Positions 62,798 to 64,000 of a stretch of 64,000 bases of DNA are shown piece after piece. The stretch lies in assembly GCF_018350175.1 (NCBI RefSeq), contig NC_058379.1:19220001-19284000 (forward strand), read 5' to 3'. The notes below the pieces were generated by a model. It was not told where the DNA came from. It searched no databases and saw only the letters and a program-made list of their open reading frames with translations. The stretch is from Felis catus (Eukaryota). Every line of letters begins with the position of its first letter. Position 1 is the stretch's first letter. The translations under genes were made by a program, and so were the position numbers.

Positions 62798-62840
62798 ATG
62801 AGGACGGAGGCGGAGGCAGCGGGGCCGCCGCTCGAGCCCG
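62798..62840 (+). CDS. GUCD1: Guanylyl cyclase domain containing 1, first coding exon; gene continues beyond window end
   Basis: MRTEAEAAGPPLEP(G), donor CCG|GTCAGT; head-to-head with SNRPD3 as in human. Confidence 0.85.
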
Positions 62841-64000
62841 GTCAGTGCCTCCCCGAGGGCCCAGCCCTCACCCCGGGGAACGAGGGGGACTCCGCCCTAG
62901 CGCGGGCAGGGTCCGGCCGCGCGACCTTGGGCCGACCGCCGCCACGGGCCGGGCTGTAGGGCTTTGAGCGACACCTGGCCAGGTGTATACACTCCCGCCT
63001 TGGCCGCTTATCCCCAGCCCGGGTCACTTGGGATTTCCTAATACTCTTAGGGCTGGGACCCCAGTCAGCTCTGAAAGCGGTCATGGTGGGAGGGTCCTGG
63101 TTTCGAGGCAAGGGCGGCACCTTGCCCAGAAGCGAAAAGTCCTGCTGGAGCCGCCTTAGGAGATCCCGTCCCCTCCCGGAACTCTGGGGTAACTGAGGCC
63201 TAGAAGGGCCGGGACCTGGCCCAGAGCACAGAGCAATGGGTGTGCCCCTTACCCTGGCCTCCCAGGGTCAGCGTTTTGTCTTGCAGTAGTTCTTGACCCT
63301 CTGGTTCCTTCTGCCCTCAGGTGGCCTGAGTTTCTTTGGGGCAGAAACCAAGACTGAAATTTAGTGCCTTGGGCTTCAGTTTGCTTTCCTGAGTGGGGGA
63401 GGGGAAAGGCAAAGATTCCTGTTCTCAGGGTTGATTAGAAAGAGAAAGTGCTAGTAAACTCTGAGGTGAGGTGCCAACTCAAGGGAGAGGTCAAGAGCAT
63501 GTGTGACCCAACCCTAAGACACCAGGGAGCTTGGTGTCACAACCAGAGAGGGGTCTCTTCTGTGAATGCAGCAGAGCATAGGGTCTGATGCTGTCCTGAT
63601 TTTTGCATCCCTACTCTTCCAGTTATCTAACTCTGTGATCTTGGATCAGACACTTGGTTTCCTGAGTCTCAGTGAAGTAATAGCTCACATTCATAGGGAG
63701 CTTTCTCTGAGCAGGCACTGTGCTAAGTTGTTTACATGCAGTGCCTTATTAATCCTCATAAGGACCCTGTAAAGTAGGTTACCATTGTTACTTGCACTTT
63801 TGCACACAAGCAGATAGAGCTGAAAGGAGGTAAGTATTCAGGACCAATGAGCTACCTACCTTCTTTGGCAACAGCTGCCAACTGAAGCCAGGCCAGGGCC
63901 TAACAGGCAAACCTTATTTTCAGGTGAGACAAAGCCTTGGCTCCAAGCATCAACATCTGGCAGCAGTTCTGGACTTAGAAGGCCTTGCCTCCCCTTATCT

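Larger units (their letters stand above)
61480..63180. promoter_or_regulatory. CpG island, bidirectional SNRPD3/GUCD1 promoter
   Basis: CpG-dense; divergent first exons; ETS CCGGAA motifs (~61868-61920), GC boxes (~62580-62632), ZNF143-like sites. Confidence 0.88.

Overview
Mammalian genomic DNA, almost certainly a felid (tRNA-derived Can-SINEs of the SINEC_Fc type throughout). It is syntenic with the human 22q11.23 block GGT1-LRRC75B-SNRPD3-GUCD1. The window holds: eight coding exons of GGT1 (minus strand; the C-terminal exons lie beyond position 1) plus candidate 5'UTR exons; the complete 4-exon LRRC75B CDS (plus strand, 315 aa, first intron apparently GC-AG); a full-length SMIM15 retrocopy with target-site duplications (TSDs), inside an old L1 and itself interrupted by a SINE at its start codon; the complete SNRPD3 gene (minus strand, 126 aa); and the first coding exon of GUCD1 on a shared CpG-island bidirectional promoter. 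The rest is SINE, L1, L2, LTR and DNA-transposon remnants and a 144-N gap. I find no support for a wholly new biological system. The most interesting items are the LRRC75B GC donor, a non-Tyr codon at GGT1 Tyr403, a duplicated ~220-bp module upstream of GGT1, a strong-Kozak overlapping uORF over the GUCD1 start, a stop-blocked alternative GUCD1 first exon, and the nearly intact SMIM15 retrocopy. Gene identities, human comparisons and repeat family names come from my recollection, not from database searches.
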